Position numbers and translations under genes: made by a program. A stretch of 64,000 nt of DNA, from the NCBI GenBank assembly GCA_963741955.1, contig CAVUKB010000007.1:544001-608000 (forward strand), written 5' to 3'. The DNA comes from an uncultured Acidobacteriota bacterium (lineage in GTDB: Bacteria > Acidobacteriota > Thermoanaerobaculia > Gp7-AA8). Under the pieces are notes generated by a model. The model did no database searches. It was given only the letters and a program-made list of their open reading frames with translations, and had not been told where the DNA came from. Of the stretch, positions 10,589 through 21,097 are shown piece by piece (within the stretch, counting starts at the first letter, position 1; each line of letters starts with the position of its first letter).

Positions 10589-10606
10589 GTGTCGATATCC
10601 GGATCT

Positions 10607-10810
10607 TTAGATCGCGGTGACGTTCGCAGCCTGCAGGCCCTTCGGGCCGCTGACCACGTCGAACTCGACCGCGGCGCCCTCGGCGAGGCTACGGAAGCCA
10701 TTGCCCTGGATCGCGGAGAAGTGAACGAAGACATCGTCACCATCACTCGTGGTGATGAAGCCGAAGCCCTTCGCGTCGTTGAACCACTTCACATTACCGG
10801 TTTTACGCAT
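10607..10810 (-). CDS. Cold-shock protein (CspA family)
   Basis: [24 protein letters not shown]; AAGGAG RBS. Confidence 0.97.
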   Translation of the reverse strand: MRKTGNVKWFNDAKGFGFITTSDGDDVFVHFSAIQGNGFRSLAEGAAVEFDVVSGPKGLQAANVTAI

Positions 10811-11038
10811 CATGAATCTCCTTTCTGTGCTGCCTGACTCGGAGATCCTGAAGCGATTCATCGTCTCGCGCGTGCGGCAAATCACGTGATGATGTCCAGT
10901 GAAACGCCGCCCCCCGAGAGCGAATTCCCGGCCGCCTGGAAGGTCTCGAGCAGAAATTCGGGTCTGGAAAATGAGCCGCCATTCACTTCGGCGAGGGCGC
11001 CGCTCCAGCCGCCTCCCGCTTCCCAGCTGCCGCGACTC

Positions 11039-12628
11039 TCATCGATCGGGTGGATCGTCTTCGGAATCCTCCGGCCGTTCCTCGTCGCCATCTTCAATCG
11101 CCAGGAGGCGCGCATCGAGGCTGGCCATGAGGGAGTGATAGGAACTTCGGCCCAGGAGTCCCCGCCGGAACTGCTCGATCAGCATCTCCTTCTGCACCAG
11201 CAGAAGATGCCGCCGTGCGGCGTGGATCTCTTCGTCGCGAAGTTGCTGCTCCTCGACGTGCAGTGACGCAAGCTGCTCTTCACTCTTCCGCTCCTGTTCT
11301 TCGTAATCGCTCTGGAGGTGATCGACCGTCGCGGCGGGAAGTGCGAGCTCCCGGCTGATGCGTGGGATCTGCTCGCGCGCCGCCCGCACAGCCATCAGCC
11401 TCCCGCGGCGCGTCTCGTATTCTTCGTGCAGCTCGCTCTGGGTCACGACGCCGAGGGCTCGAAGCAGAGGGGACATGGTCAGACCCTGGACGAGGATCGA
11501 GAGGACCACCACGCCGAATGTGATCGTCACGATCGTGTCGCGATGGGGGAATCCGGCTCCGAGCCCGAGCACCACGACCATCGACAGAGCGCCCCGGAGA
11601 CCGGCCCACGTCATCACCGCACACCATTTCCACGGAATGGCCTCGGCGGTCGGCCGGAGCAGCGCCGCGATCGAATAGACCACTACGCCCCGACTGACGG
11701 TCACCACGAGGTACGCGATCAGGATCGCGCCCCAGAATTCTCCCAGAGACTGGATCGGCACCGAGAACCCGATCAGAAGGAAGACGAACGAGTTCAAGGC
11801 GAACGCGAGGTATTCCCAGAAAGTCTCCACCGCAATCCGGGTGGTGGCGCTCATCCCGCTCCGAAGCGCGAAGTTCCCGCAGACCAGGCCCGCGCTCACC
11901 GTGGCGATCACACCCGAGCCATGAAAATGCTCCGCAAGGAGGAATGATCCGTACGCCGCGATGGTGGTGAGGGTGATCTCGATCATCGGATCGTCGACCC
12001 GCGCAATGACCGTCGAGACGACCAGTCCGGTGACGCTTCCGATCAGCACGCCGAGACCGACGATGCGGAAGAAGTCGAGGGCCAGACCGCTCGGGGAGAG
12101 CGATCCGCCGGAAACCGCTGCGACGATGAGGGTGAACAGCACCAGGGCAGTCCCGTCGTTGAGCAGACTCTCGCCTTCGACGAGAACCCGGAGCCGCCGC
12201 GGCGCACCGAGAGATTTGAAGAGGCCGACCACGGCGATCGGATCCGTCGCGGCGACGACTGCGCCGAACACTAGCCCCAACGAGAACGGCACCGGGGCGA
12301 GGAGGTTGGTCGCCGCCGAGATGCCGGCGAGGAGCGAAGCGATGACGAAGATCGTCGCAACCACTCCGACGATCGCCAGGGAATGGATCGCGAGCTTGTT
12401 GTTCCAGAAGTCGGAGAAATCGAGATGGAACGCGGCCTCGAAGAGAAGGCCGGGGAGGATCACGGCATAAAGCAGATGTTGCGTGAGGTGAGGCGCTTCG
12501 AAAGCGTGAAGCGTACCGAGCACCACGCCGGTCACGACCAGCGCGACGGTGTAGGGAATCTTCAGCCGGCGCGCGAGGAGAGCGACGACCGTCGCGACCG
12601 CGAAGAGGAGAAGAATCACGATCTCCAT
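11039..12628 (-). CDS. CPA1-family Na+/H+ antiporter (NhaP/YjcE-like)
   Basis: ATDPIAV, EGESLLNDG, GLRGALS motifs; about 12 hydrophobic segments. Confidence 0.93.
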   Translation of the reverse strand: MEIVILLLFAVATVVALLARRLKIPYTVALVVTGVVLGTLHAFEAPHLTQHLLYAVILPGLLFEAAFHLDFSDFWNNKLAIHSLAIVGVVATIFVIASLLAGISAATNLLAPVPFSLGLVFGAVVAATDPIAVVGLFKSLGAPRRLRVLVEGESLLNDGTALVLFTLIVAAVSGGSLSPSGLALDFFRIVGLGVLIGSVTGLVVSTVIARVDDPMIEITLTTIAAYGSFLLAEHFHGSGVIATVSAGLVCGNFALRSGMSATTRIAVETFWEYLAFALNSFVFLLIGFSVPIQSLGEFWGAILIAYLVVTVSRGVVVYSIAALLRPTAEAIPWKWCAVMTWAGLRGALSMVVVLGLGAGFPHRDTIVTITFGVVVLSILVQGLTMSPLLRALGVVTQSELHEEYETRRGRLMAVRAAREQIPRISRELALPAATVDHLQSDYEEQERKSEEQLASLHVEEQQLRDEEIHAARRHLLLVQKEMLIEQFRRGLLGRSSYHSLMASLDARLLAIEDGDEERPEDSEDDPPDR

Positions 12629-14666
12629 GACGGGTGAACGATACCAGAGACGGGAAGGGCGCTCCCGGAGAAGCGCCCTTCATGAGTGACTTGCGCGGGA
12701 ACTCAGTAATGGATCCGGAGTCCGAGCTGAGCCAGACGCTGCTCGCCTTGTCCCGGATCGCCGGCATATGCGTGAGCGACGCCGAAGCGGTCGAAGGCCG
12801 CAGGGTTGGTCGAATTGAAGAGGTTGAAGATTTCACCGATCAGCTCGAATCCGACGCCCTGCAGCTTGATCTCTTTCGAGATGCGGACGTCGACCTGAGA
12901 GAACGAGTCGCCCCGTGCGCTGTTGACGTGGCTGATGCCGGGCGCGAGATCGTTGCGGAAGCTGTCTCCATTGAGGTCGACTCCGTCCGCGTTCACGACG
13001 GTGTAGGGAAGAGCGGAACGGTAGCGGCCGATCCCGGACAGGTTGATGCCGAACGGCGCCGAGTAGATGACGCTCAGAGTGGCGCGATGTCGTGCATCGG
13101 TATTCAGAGGACCGACACAGGCGCTGCAGAGGGGATCGAGAGAATTGATGGACGCGTCGCGTCCCAGACGGTGGAAATCGGGCTGATGTCCGCCATCCGT
13201 GATGCGGAACTCGTCGGCTCCGGCGATGAGATTCCCTTTCGCCTTCGAGTAGGTGTAGAAGCCCTGGAGCTGAACCTTCTCCGAGACTCGGGCATGGGCG
13301 CCGAGGTTGAATCCGTCGTAGTCCGCCTTTCCTTTGCCATACCAGAGGCGGAAGTTGCCGAAGTCGGAGAAGCGGCGGTCGGCCATCGGGTTGCCGTTTG
13401 CGTCCAGCGTCGGGTTCGCACGGAACCGGAACGGGAGATCACGGTACCGAATGCTGACCGCATCGAAGGTCAGGCCGAGCCATGACGTCGCCTCCCACGA
13501 GTAGCCGAGCGACGCCTGGGTCGATTTCGGAGTCGCGAGAGTCGGCGAGGCGACTTCGTTCGGAGGGAAGGAGCCGAGCCCCGGCAGCGTGTTCGGAGGG
13601 AGCGGCTGTCCCGGACGGAAGAACGTGCCGTCCGGATTCCGGATGCCGTTCGAGTCGTGCACGTTGTACGCGACACCGTAATTGGACTGCACCGCGGCCG
13701 CGGGGAAGAGGATCGTCGCGTTGGTATAAGGGAAGTCGTAGTAGATTCCCCATCCGCCGCGAACGATGTGCTTGCCGGATCCATTCAGGTCGTATGTGAA
13801 GCCGAGTCGCGGTCCCCAGTTGTTCTTGTCATTCTTCAGCTGACCGCCCTTGCCACCCTGGAAATCGCGCAGGTAGTACTCGTTGTAGGTGGTCTGGGTC
13901 GAGAGCTCCTGCCAGATCGGATTCGAAGTCTGGTTCAGATCGAATCCGGTCCAGAGATCGTAGCGGAGCCCGAGATTCAGAATCAGGCGGTCGTTGACCG
14001 TCCAGTCATCCTGAACGTAGGCGTTGTACTGATCGACCGGAGTGTGATCGCCGAAGAAGCCGCCGTACACCGTGATGTCGGTGACCGGGGAATCGATGCT
14101 GTCATTCAGCATCGCTTACTGTCCATTGAGGCCGGTCGAGAAGTCGCCGCCGAGAATCGGTTCGTGGATGTAATTCGCACCAGTCTTGAAGTCGTGCCGC
14201 TGTCCGAAGAGATTGGTGGACCAGCTGAAATCGTCTTTGAACTGCGCCTTCTCCTGATGGGTGGACTGCGGCGTGTTCACGTTCTGGCCGGTTACGACTC
14301 CCGACGGAAAGTAGAGGTTAGGGTCATTGGAGTCGGCCGATATGGTGTTGTCGAAGCGAGTCCACTGGAACAGCGCGTCGTTGAGCATGTCGTGGCCGAC
14401 CTGTGCGGTATGGCCGCCGAGGATCGACTTGTAGTTGTTGGATACGGTCCCGAGTGCGCTCGGTGTCGCGAGAGAGCTGGCGCCGTATTTGTCGCTGTTC
14501 TTCTGGTAGCCGTAGCGGACCTGAAGATACTGCTTGGCAGAGATGTCGTACGTGGCCTTTGCCGTCCCGAGCTCGTCGCTGAACGGAAGACCGTACGAGC
14601 GGCCGTCGAACTCGGGGAAGATTCCTCCCGTATCGACGGTGTACGCGGTGTCGCGGTCGGTTTTTT

Positions 14667-16250
14667 GGTTCTCCTAACAGGTGTGTAGGTGCGGAATGAT
14701 TGTCGGAGGCATGCAGGAACGGCGACGCGGCTGTTTTCGAGGAGCAAGTCGGTGTTCGCCGAAGCGTTCGGAAAGCGAAGTTGTGGAAACCGCGGAAAAC
14801 GCCGCCACCCGGCCGCCGCGTTTTCCGCCGTTCCCACAACTTGCCCCGCCGTCGCGGAAGGATCTGAAGGAGCCCCGAAAGTCGCTGCTCGTGGAGAGGT
14901 GAAGATCGAAGCAGCGATAGCAGGTTGGAATCGGCGAACCGTGCTGCCCATTTCCCGTAGTCTGTAGTCGATGAAACCAAGACACGGGGAGGACAGGCAC
15001 GGTGCGCCTGACGACATTGTTCCGGAAGTTGCTCAACATGGCAAACGTAACGGTTCGCGGGGTTCGGTTCGAAGCTCGGAGTCTCTATCTCGACGTGAGT
15101 CCAACGTGGAGACGTCCGCGGTGCGGAGGGTGCGGACGGGTTGCTCCCGAGCTTCACGGAACGGTGATGAAGCATCGCGAATGGCGTCATCTCGGCCTCT
15201 GGGGATGCCGGGTGATGCTGCGGGCGGATCTGCCGCGGGTGCGTTGCCGCCGCTGCGGGGTGCGAACGGCCGCGGTTCCGTGGGCACGGCCTGGTTCGAT
15301 GTTCACCCGCGCGTTCGAAGACGAGCTTGCCTGGTTTCTGCAGCGATCCAATCAAACCGCGGTCTCGGCGTACTTCAAGGTCAGCTGGCTCACGGCCGGA
15401 CGGATCGCCGCTCGAGTGGTTGCCGAAAAACGCGACCCGAACGCGCTCGAGAATCTGACCCGGATCGGCATCGACGAGATCTGCTGGGGGCGGCCGAAGA
15501 AGTTCATGACCGTGGTCACGAACCACGAGACCGGGCAGATGATCTGGGCGGCGAAGGGTAAAAGTGCAGAGGTTCTCGACGGGCTGTTCGATCTGCTCGG
15601 CCCCGAGCGCTGCGCGCGAATCCGTCTGGTGAGCATCGACATGAGCGCGGCCTTCGAGAAAGCTGTTCGCGACCGACTGCCGAACGCCGAGGTCGTTTTC
15701 GATCGGTTCCACGTGGTCCAACTCCTCGGGAATGCGATCGATCAGGTGAGGCGGGACGAGATGCGAAAGGCCACCGGCGAGGAGCGCTCCGCTCTCAAAT
15801 CCACTCGGTTCGTCCTCCTGAAGAACCCCTGGAACCTGCGTGATGCCGAGGAGGCGAAACTCTCGGAGCTCGCGCGGATGAATCACACCCTCTTTCGCAG
15901 TTACCTGGTCAAGGAATCCTTTCAGGACATCTATGACTCCTCGTCCGTCCGCCAAGCTGATCGACGGTTCAAGCGCTGGTATCAGTCCGCGGTTCATAGC
16001 CGCATTCAACCCCTCGTTCGCTTCGCGCGAACCGTCGCGGCGAAATGGCCTGGCATCCGCCGTTACTTCGAGTATCGACTCACGAATGCAGTTGCTGAAG
16101 GCTGCAACAACAAGATCCGAATGCTCAGTCACCGCGCTTTCGGCTTTCACACCGCGGAAGCTCTGATCGCAATGGCGTTCCTCTGTACGTCAGCAATCGC
16201 ATTCCATCCTCTCGGCCTATGAACTCTGCTACACACCTGTTAGGAGATCC
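14667..16250 (+). mobile_element. Complete ISL3-family insertion sequence, 1584 bp
   Basis: 22-bp IRs GG(T/A)TCTCCTAACAGGTGTGTAG with 1 mismatch; 8-bp TSD GGTTTTTT at 14659-14666 and 16251-16258. Confidence 0.96.
15002..16222 (+). CDS. ISL3 transposase
   Basis: Zinc finger CGGC/CRRC, IGIDE, SIDM, FDRFH, TNAVAEGCNNKI. Confidence 0.95.
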   Translation: MRLTTLFRKLLNMANVTVRGVRFEARSLYLDVSPTWRRPRCGGCGRVAPELHGTVMKHREWRHLGLWGCRVMLRADLPRVRCRRCGVRTAAVPWARPGSMFTRAFEDELAWFLQRSNQTAVSAYFKVSWLTAGRIAARVVAEKRDPNALENLTRIGIDEICWGRPKKFMTVVTNHETGQMIWAAKGKSAEVLDGLFDLLGPERCARIRLVSIDMSAAFEKAVRDRLPNAEVVFDRFHVVQLLGNAIDQVRRDEMRKATGEERSALKSTRFVLLKNPWNLRDAEEAKLSELARMNHTLFRSYLVKESFQDIYDSSSVRQADRRFKRWYQSAVHSRIQPLVRFARTVAAKWPGIRRYFEYRLTNAVAEGCNNKIRMLSHRAFGFHTAEALIAMAFLCTSAIAFHPLGL

Positions 16251-17206
16251 GGTTTTTTCCCAGGTCATGAAGAAGTGGGCCCGGTCGCGCACGATCGGTC
16301 CGCCGAACGAGAGTCCGTACTGCTTGCGCTGGTACGCCTGCTTGCTGATTCCGGCGAGCTCCTCACTCCTGCTCTTGTCGTTGAGACTCTTGTCGCGGAA
16401 GAAGCCGTAAGCGCTTCCTTCGAACTGGTTGGTACCCGTCTTGGTGACGACCGTGAGAACGCCGCCCGTGGTGCGTCCGTACTCGGCCTTGTACTGCTGG
16501 GTCTGAATGTTGAACTCCTGGACCGCTTCGAGGTTGAAGTTCTGGAGGGCGCCGCCGATCGTATCGTCGGTGTTGTCGCCGCCGTCGATGATGAAGTTGA
16601 CGTTACGGCCGCTGCCGCCGTTCATCGCGATGGTGAGCTGTCCCGGCTTGGTCGGATCGGAATTGACCGACAGCTGGGTTCCCGGGGCGAGAGAACCGAG
16701 ATTCGCGAACTGGCGACCATTCAGCGGAAGATTCTCCAGCTCTTTCCGGCTCACGACGGTGCCGATGGATGCGGTGTCCGCAACCAGCGGCGCCTCTGCG
16801 GTCACGGTGATGGATTCTTCGACTGCCGCCTGCTTGAGCGTGAGATCGAGCATACGGGTCGACGCGACGTTGACCACGACGTCGGTCATGATCAATTTTC
16901 CGAAGCCCGAGAGCTCCGCGGAAACCTTGTAGGTGCCGACCGGGATCGCCGCGAACCGATACGATCCGTCGTCGCCGGTGACGTCACTGCGTGTCACTCC
17001 GGTGGCCGAATTGGTGGCGATGACCGTGACGCCGGGTAATGCTGAATTGCTGCTGTCGATCACCCGTCCTTCGAGATTGCCGCTCGCAGTCTGTGCCTGC
17101 GAGGTGATCGGCCACGAGAGTAGGAAAACCAACGCGATGAAGAGGGGGAACCTGACCATCGGTCTGGACCTGGACATATTCGACTCTCCTTTGCACCCTT
17201 TCGGGT

Positions 17207-19405
17207 TCATTGTGGTTGGACTGCATTTCCAGGGTTGCGAAGCTGGGTTCGAGTGGTCCCGCCACTGAGGTGGGCCAGCAGGTGATTCGCGGCGCTGCGT
17301 TGTTCGGAGTATTCGGGGCGATCTCCGGCTGCATCGATGAATTGCCGGTACTGTGCGATGGCGGAGTCGCGCTCGCCGAGCATCTCCAGGGCGATTCCCC
17401 GGTTGAGAAGAATCTCGAGATCGGAAGGGGCGAGGGCGATGGCGCGGTCGAAGAGGGGAATGGCGGATCGCGGCCGGTCGCGCTGCACTTCGAGAGCTCC
17501 CAGGCCGTTGAGCGGGTCGGCGTAAGACGGTGAGATCTCGATGGCGCGCCGGTACGCCTTCTCTGCCTCGTCGAGCTTTCCGTTGCCCCGGTAGACGTTC
17601 CCGAGGTTGTTCCAGGCGTGCGCATTTTGTGGGTCGATCCGGAGAGCCTCCTCGAACTGCGCGATTGCGTCGTCGCCCTTTCCGCTCGCTGCCAGGGCGA
17701 TTCCGAGGGTGTTGTGCGCTTCCGGACGCCCGGGGTCGCGGCGGATCGCCTCCTCGATCGCGGTGGTGCTTTCCGCACTCCGGCCCGCCTCCTGAAAAGC
17801 AACGGCCAGGTTGTACCAGGCCTCCGGATCGTCGGGGTTGAGGGCGATCGTTTCCCGGTACAGCTCGATCGCACGATCCAGCTCCCCGTGCTGACGCAGG
17901 GCGCGCGCGAGGCTGCCGCGGAAGACCGGGTTGGCCGGATCGTCCTTCACCAGCCGTTCGAACGCGGCGATCGCCGCGGGCAGCCGGTGCTCGTTCATGG
18001 CCCACGTCGCCTGCTCGAATTCGCGGAAGAGCGGGACCATTTCCTTCGGGTCGCGGCCGGAGCCATTGCGAGCGGGGAGACTTCCCACGTATCCGAGGCT
18101 CGCGAGCTTTGCCGCTGATTCGGCGTCCATTGCGGGAGGCGGTGAAAGCGCTCGAGATTTGCGGAGAGAGGCGAGCTCGATTTTGAGGCTGTTCGCCTCG
18201 CGTCTTCGCTCCGTGCGGAGGTTCACACTTTCATGCGGATCGGATGAGAGATCGTAGAGTTCCGGAGTCGGAGCTTCGATGTACTTCGATCCGCCCTGCC
18301 GGATGGTGGCGAGGTCGCTCCACCCGAACACCGTCGGGTACTCCGTCTCCGCATAAAGCGTGTGGGAAGGAGGTTCGGTCCGGGCAAGGATCGCCGGAGA
18401 GAGATCGCGACCGTCTAGTTGGCCTACGAGAGGTCCGATACCGGCCAGTGAGACGATCGTCGGAGCGACGTCTGCGAGGCTGACCGGAGTCTGGAGGACG
18501 AGAGCGGACGGCACGTGTCCCGGCGCGTTGAAAAGCAGCGGGACCCGTATCGTCGGCTCATACAGAAGGAGGCCGTGCGTGAGCTCTCCATGCTCGCCGA
18601 GTGCTTCGCCATGGTCGGCGAGCACCACGATGAGCGTGTTCCTTCTCACTCCCGAGCGATCGAGCCGTTCGACCAGCCGTGCGATTTGTGAATCGACGAA
18701 ACTGATCTCGCCGTCGTAGGGGTGGTCCCTGTACTCGGTCCTGAATGGCTCCGGCGGTGTGTAGGGAGCGTGCGCGTCGTACATATGCACCCAGGCGAAG
18801 AACGGACGCGCGTCGGATCGCGACAGCCAGGCGAGAGCGTGGTCGACGACCACGTTCGCCGGGCGTTCCGCCTCGAAGTTGCTGATCAGATCGGGTCGTC
18901 GGTCGATTGCGTCGTCGTAGGTGGCGAATCCTCGAGCGAGACCGAAGCGGTGGTCGAGGACGAATGCCCCGACGAAAGCTGCGGTCCGGTATCCGGCGGC
19001 AGTGAATCGCGTGGCCAGCGTCGGGCGGTCGCCGGGAAACGATCCGTACCCGTTGTTCCGGACTCCGTGATCCGGTGGAATCTCGCCGGAGAGAATGGTT
19101 GCGTGTGACGGGAGGGTCAGAGGTACGGCAGTCATCGCATCGGCGAAACGGGTTCCTGACCTCGCCAGAGCGTCGATTGCAGGAGTTTGCGCGGTGCTGC
19201 CGCCCCATGCGCCGACGTGATCGGCGCGAACCGTGTCGATGGTGATCAGCAGGACATTGAGTTTCTCGTGCCGGGGTGCGACCCGCGCGCACGCAGTCAT
19301 TGAAAGGAGGACCAACAGAATGAGGGCGCGACGGATGGATCCTCTCCGCCCGGTGAGCCGGTCGACTCGATCGCCTGCGGAACGGCCGAAGCCTCTGTTT
19401 CCCAT
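17207..19405 (-). CDS. Sulfatase-like (alkaline phosphatase superfamily) hydrolase with C-terminal TPRs; start uncertain
   Basis: LLITIDTVRAD, LTLPSH, WVHMYDAHAPY, ADHGE; repeated AWYNL/AHNTL/AWNNL TPR motifs. Confidence 0.88.
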   Translation of the reverse strand: MGNRGFGRSAGDRVDRLTGRRGSIRRALILLVLLSMTACARVAPRHEKLNVLLITIDTVRADHVGAWGGSTAQTPAIDALARSGTRFADAMTAVPLTLPSHATILSGEIPPDHGVRNNGYGSFPGDRPTLATRFTAAGYRTAAFVGAFVLDHRFGLARGFATYDDAIDRRPDLISNFEAERPANVVVDHALAWLSRSDARPFFAWVHMYDAHAPYTPPEPFRTEYRDHPYDGEISFVDSQIARLVERLDRSGVRRNTLIVVLADHGEALGEHGELTHGLLLYEPTIRVPLLFNAPGHVPSALVLQTPVSLADVAPTIVSLAGIGPLVGQLDGRDLSPAILARTEPPSHTLYAETEYPTVFGWSDLATIRQGGSKYIEAPTPELYDLSSDPHESVNLRTERRREANSLKIELASLRKSRALSPPPAMDAESAAKLASLGYVGSLPARNGSGRDPKEMVPLFREFEQATWAMNEHRLPAAIAAFERLVKDDPANPVFRGSLARALRQHGELDRAIELYRETIALNPDDPEAWYNLAVAFQEAGRSAESTTAIEEAIRRDPGRPEAHNTLGIALAASGKGDDAIAQFEEALRIDPQNAHAWNNLGNVYRGNGKLDEAEKAYRRAIEISPSYADPLNGLGALEVQRDRPRSAIPLFDRAIALAPSDLEILLNRGIALEMLGERDSAIAQYRQFIDAAGDRPEYSEQRSAANHLLAHLSGGTTRTQLRNPGNAVQPQ

Positions 19406-19624
19406 CAAGATCGCGAGAATGGAGTGCCCCTTCCCGGGTGGCACTCGTGCACCAGACCTCAAATCCGGCACGAAGACGAGGTGAAGGTCTTCGCCGCCGT
19501 ACTATTGGAAATTCGTTGGTGGTCGGGAATTCTCGCTCGATTCGAAAACGGAAGCAAGAGAGAAGACTGCGGGGAGGGCCTTATTTCGACGGGCAGCTCT
19601 GCCGCCCAACGTCTCCGCCTTCGT

Positions 19625-20659
19625 TCAGCTCCGGCGGCGCCTCTCCGTCTTCCCGCGGAGTTGTCCGCAGGCGGCTGCGATGTCGAGCCCCTTCGATCGG
19701 CGGACCGTCACCCGTGCTCCATGGCGCACCAGAGATCCGGCGAAGCGGTCGATCGCGGTTTCATCGGGCCGTTTCATCCAATCCGGGAGGTGAGGATCCG
19801 GATTGAACGGAATCGCATTCACCTTCGCCCGAAGACCGCGGATGAGTCGCGCCAGAGAGGCGGCGTCCCGATCCGAGTCGTTGTACCCGGCGAGGAGGAC
19901 GTATTCGATGGTGATCTCGCGGCCCCGCTCCAGAGGAAACGCTTCCAATGCGCGGATCAGGCCGGCGAGCGGGTACTTCGTGGTGATCGGCATGATCTCC
20001 GCGCGTCTCGCGTCATCCGGTGCATTGATCGAGATGGCGAGGTTCGGCCGCTTCTCCAGCCTGGCGAGATCCTCGATTCCCGGGACGATTCCAGCGGTCG
20101 AAAGAGTGATCCGACGATGCGAGATGGTGCGGCTGAAGATCTCCATCGCCTTGCGGACGTTCTCGAGATTCAGCAGCGGCTCGCCCATCCCCATGAAGAC
20201 GAGGTTGAGTCGCTCGGGATCGATCTTCTTTGCGCGACGGATGACATTCACCTGTCCGACCATCTCCGACGGAGTCAGATTCCGTCCCGGGCCGAAGAAA
20301 CCGGTCACGCAGAACGTGCATCCGACCGCGCAGCCGGCCTGCGAGGAGAGACAGAGCGTGGTGCGGTCGCCCATCGGCATGTAGACCGCCTCGATCAGTC
20401 CCCCGTCCTCGAGAGTGAAGAGGAACTTCTCGCTGCCGTCCGGTGCCGGCGGGGTGATCTCGCGGACTGCGGGAGCCGCGAGAGAGTCGCGCGCGGCCAG
20501 CTCCTCGCGCATGGAAAGAGGAAGGCTCGTCATCTCCTCGAACGATGCGGCACCCCGGACGTGCATCCACTCCTCGACCTGGCGGATCCGGTAAGAGGGC
20601 GTGACGAGATCTTCGAGCCGATGCTCGAGCTCCGCGGGAGAAAGGTCGTAGAGGTTCAC
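19625..20659 (-). CDS. rlmN: Dual-specificity RNA methyltransferase RlmN
   Basis: SSQAGCAVGCTFC, MGMGEPL, DIAAACGQL. Confidence 0.95.
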   Translation of the reverse strand: MNLYDLSPAELEHRLEDLVTPSYRIRQVEEWMHVRGAASFEEMTSLPLSMREELAARDSLAAPAVREITPPAPDGSEKFLFTLEDGGLIEAVYMPMGDRTTLCLSSQAGCAVGCTFCVTGFFGPGRNLTPSEMVGQVNVIRRAKKIDPERLNLVFMGMGEPLLNLENVRKAMEIFSRTISHRRITLSTAGIVPGIEDLARLEKRPNLAISINAPDDARRAEIMPITTKYPLAGLIRALEAFPLERGREITIEYVLLAGYNDSDRDAASLARLIRGLRAKVNAIPFNPDPHLPDWMKRPDETAIDRFAGSLVRHGARVTVRRSKGLDIAAACGQLRGKTERRRRS

Positions 20660-21006
20660 TCTTCGGAGGGTTTGTCCGAAGCGACTCGCTTCGGTGAGCG
20701 GACCTTGCGGGTCGGATCGATTCCGACCGAACGAAGGAATGTCAGATCCTTCATGTCGATCCGGAACTGAACTTCATGGCGGGCTCGTCGCGGCACGACC
20801 GCCATCTCCGGCGACCGCTGCGGCTCGAGGTTCCCCGAATCCTCCCCTTCACGGTCGAGACCGATCGTGGCGTCGAGAAAGACGTAGAGGTTGTAGCCGT
20901 GGTCGCGGATCCGCTGGATCTGCTGATTGACCGCTTCCGAAGAAGAGATCGAATCATTGATGGCGTTTCCGAGCTCCTTCAGAAGTTCTTTGATCCGGTC
21001 GTCCAA
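20656..21006 (-). CDS. Hypothetical protein translationally coupled to rlmN
   Basis: 4-bp overlap with the rlmN start; natural-looking globular sequence; upstream promoter. Confidence 0.75.
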   Translation of the reverse strand: MDDRIKELLKELGNAINDSISSSEAVNQQIQRIRDHGYNLYVFLDATIGLDREGEDSGNLEPQRSPEMAVVPRRARHEVQFRIDMKDLTFLRSVGIDPTRKVRSPKRVASDKPSEE

Positions 21007-21066
21007 GGTGTCATCTCTCGTAAGCTATTGAAAAATAGCTGTTTATTGTGACCCAGCATCCGTCCA

Positions 21067-21095
21067 ATTATCGCAACGGCGGGGTGGAAGGTCAA
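21067..21095 (-). promoter_or_regulatory. Sigma70 promoter for hypothetical-rlmN
   Basis: TTGACC-N17-GATAAT on the minus strand. Confidence 0.7.
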
Positions 21096-21097
21096 GG

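Larger units (their letters stand above)
12703..17177 (-). pseudogene. Oar-type TonB-dependent receptor disrupted by ISL3 and an in-frame TAA
   Basis: Signal peptide, carboxypeptidase-regulatory-like domain, LPLNGRQF, DGGDNTD; removing the IS restores FMTWEK-TDRDTAY; TAA at 14116-14118 is in frame with ORF 12703-14112 (ends QLGLRIHY). Confidence 0.9.

Noticed and set aside
14116-14118. Programmed stop readthrough (Sec/Pyl)
   Set aside because: The codon is TAA and the gene is already broken by the IS
14324-16150. 608-aa ORF antisense to the ISL3 transposase
   Set aside because: Crosses the IS boundary and has no recognisable motifs; shadow ORF
16125-18005. 626-aa ORF as a single gene
   Set aside because: Chimeric reading: out-of-frame overlap with the TPR gene, the true receptor N-terminus (from 17177), and readthrough into the IS
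19438-19620. Possible ncRNA or small gene between the sulfatase-like gene and rlmN
   Set aside because: No recognisable motif, convincing stem or RBS
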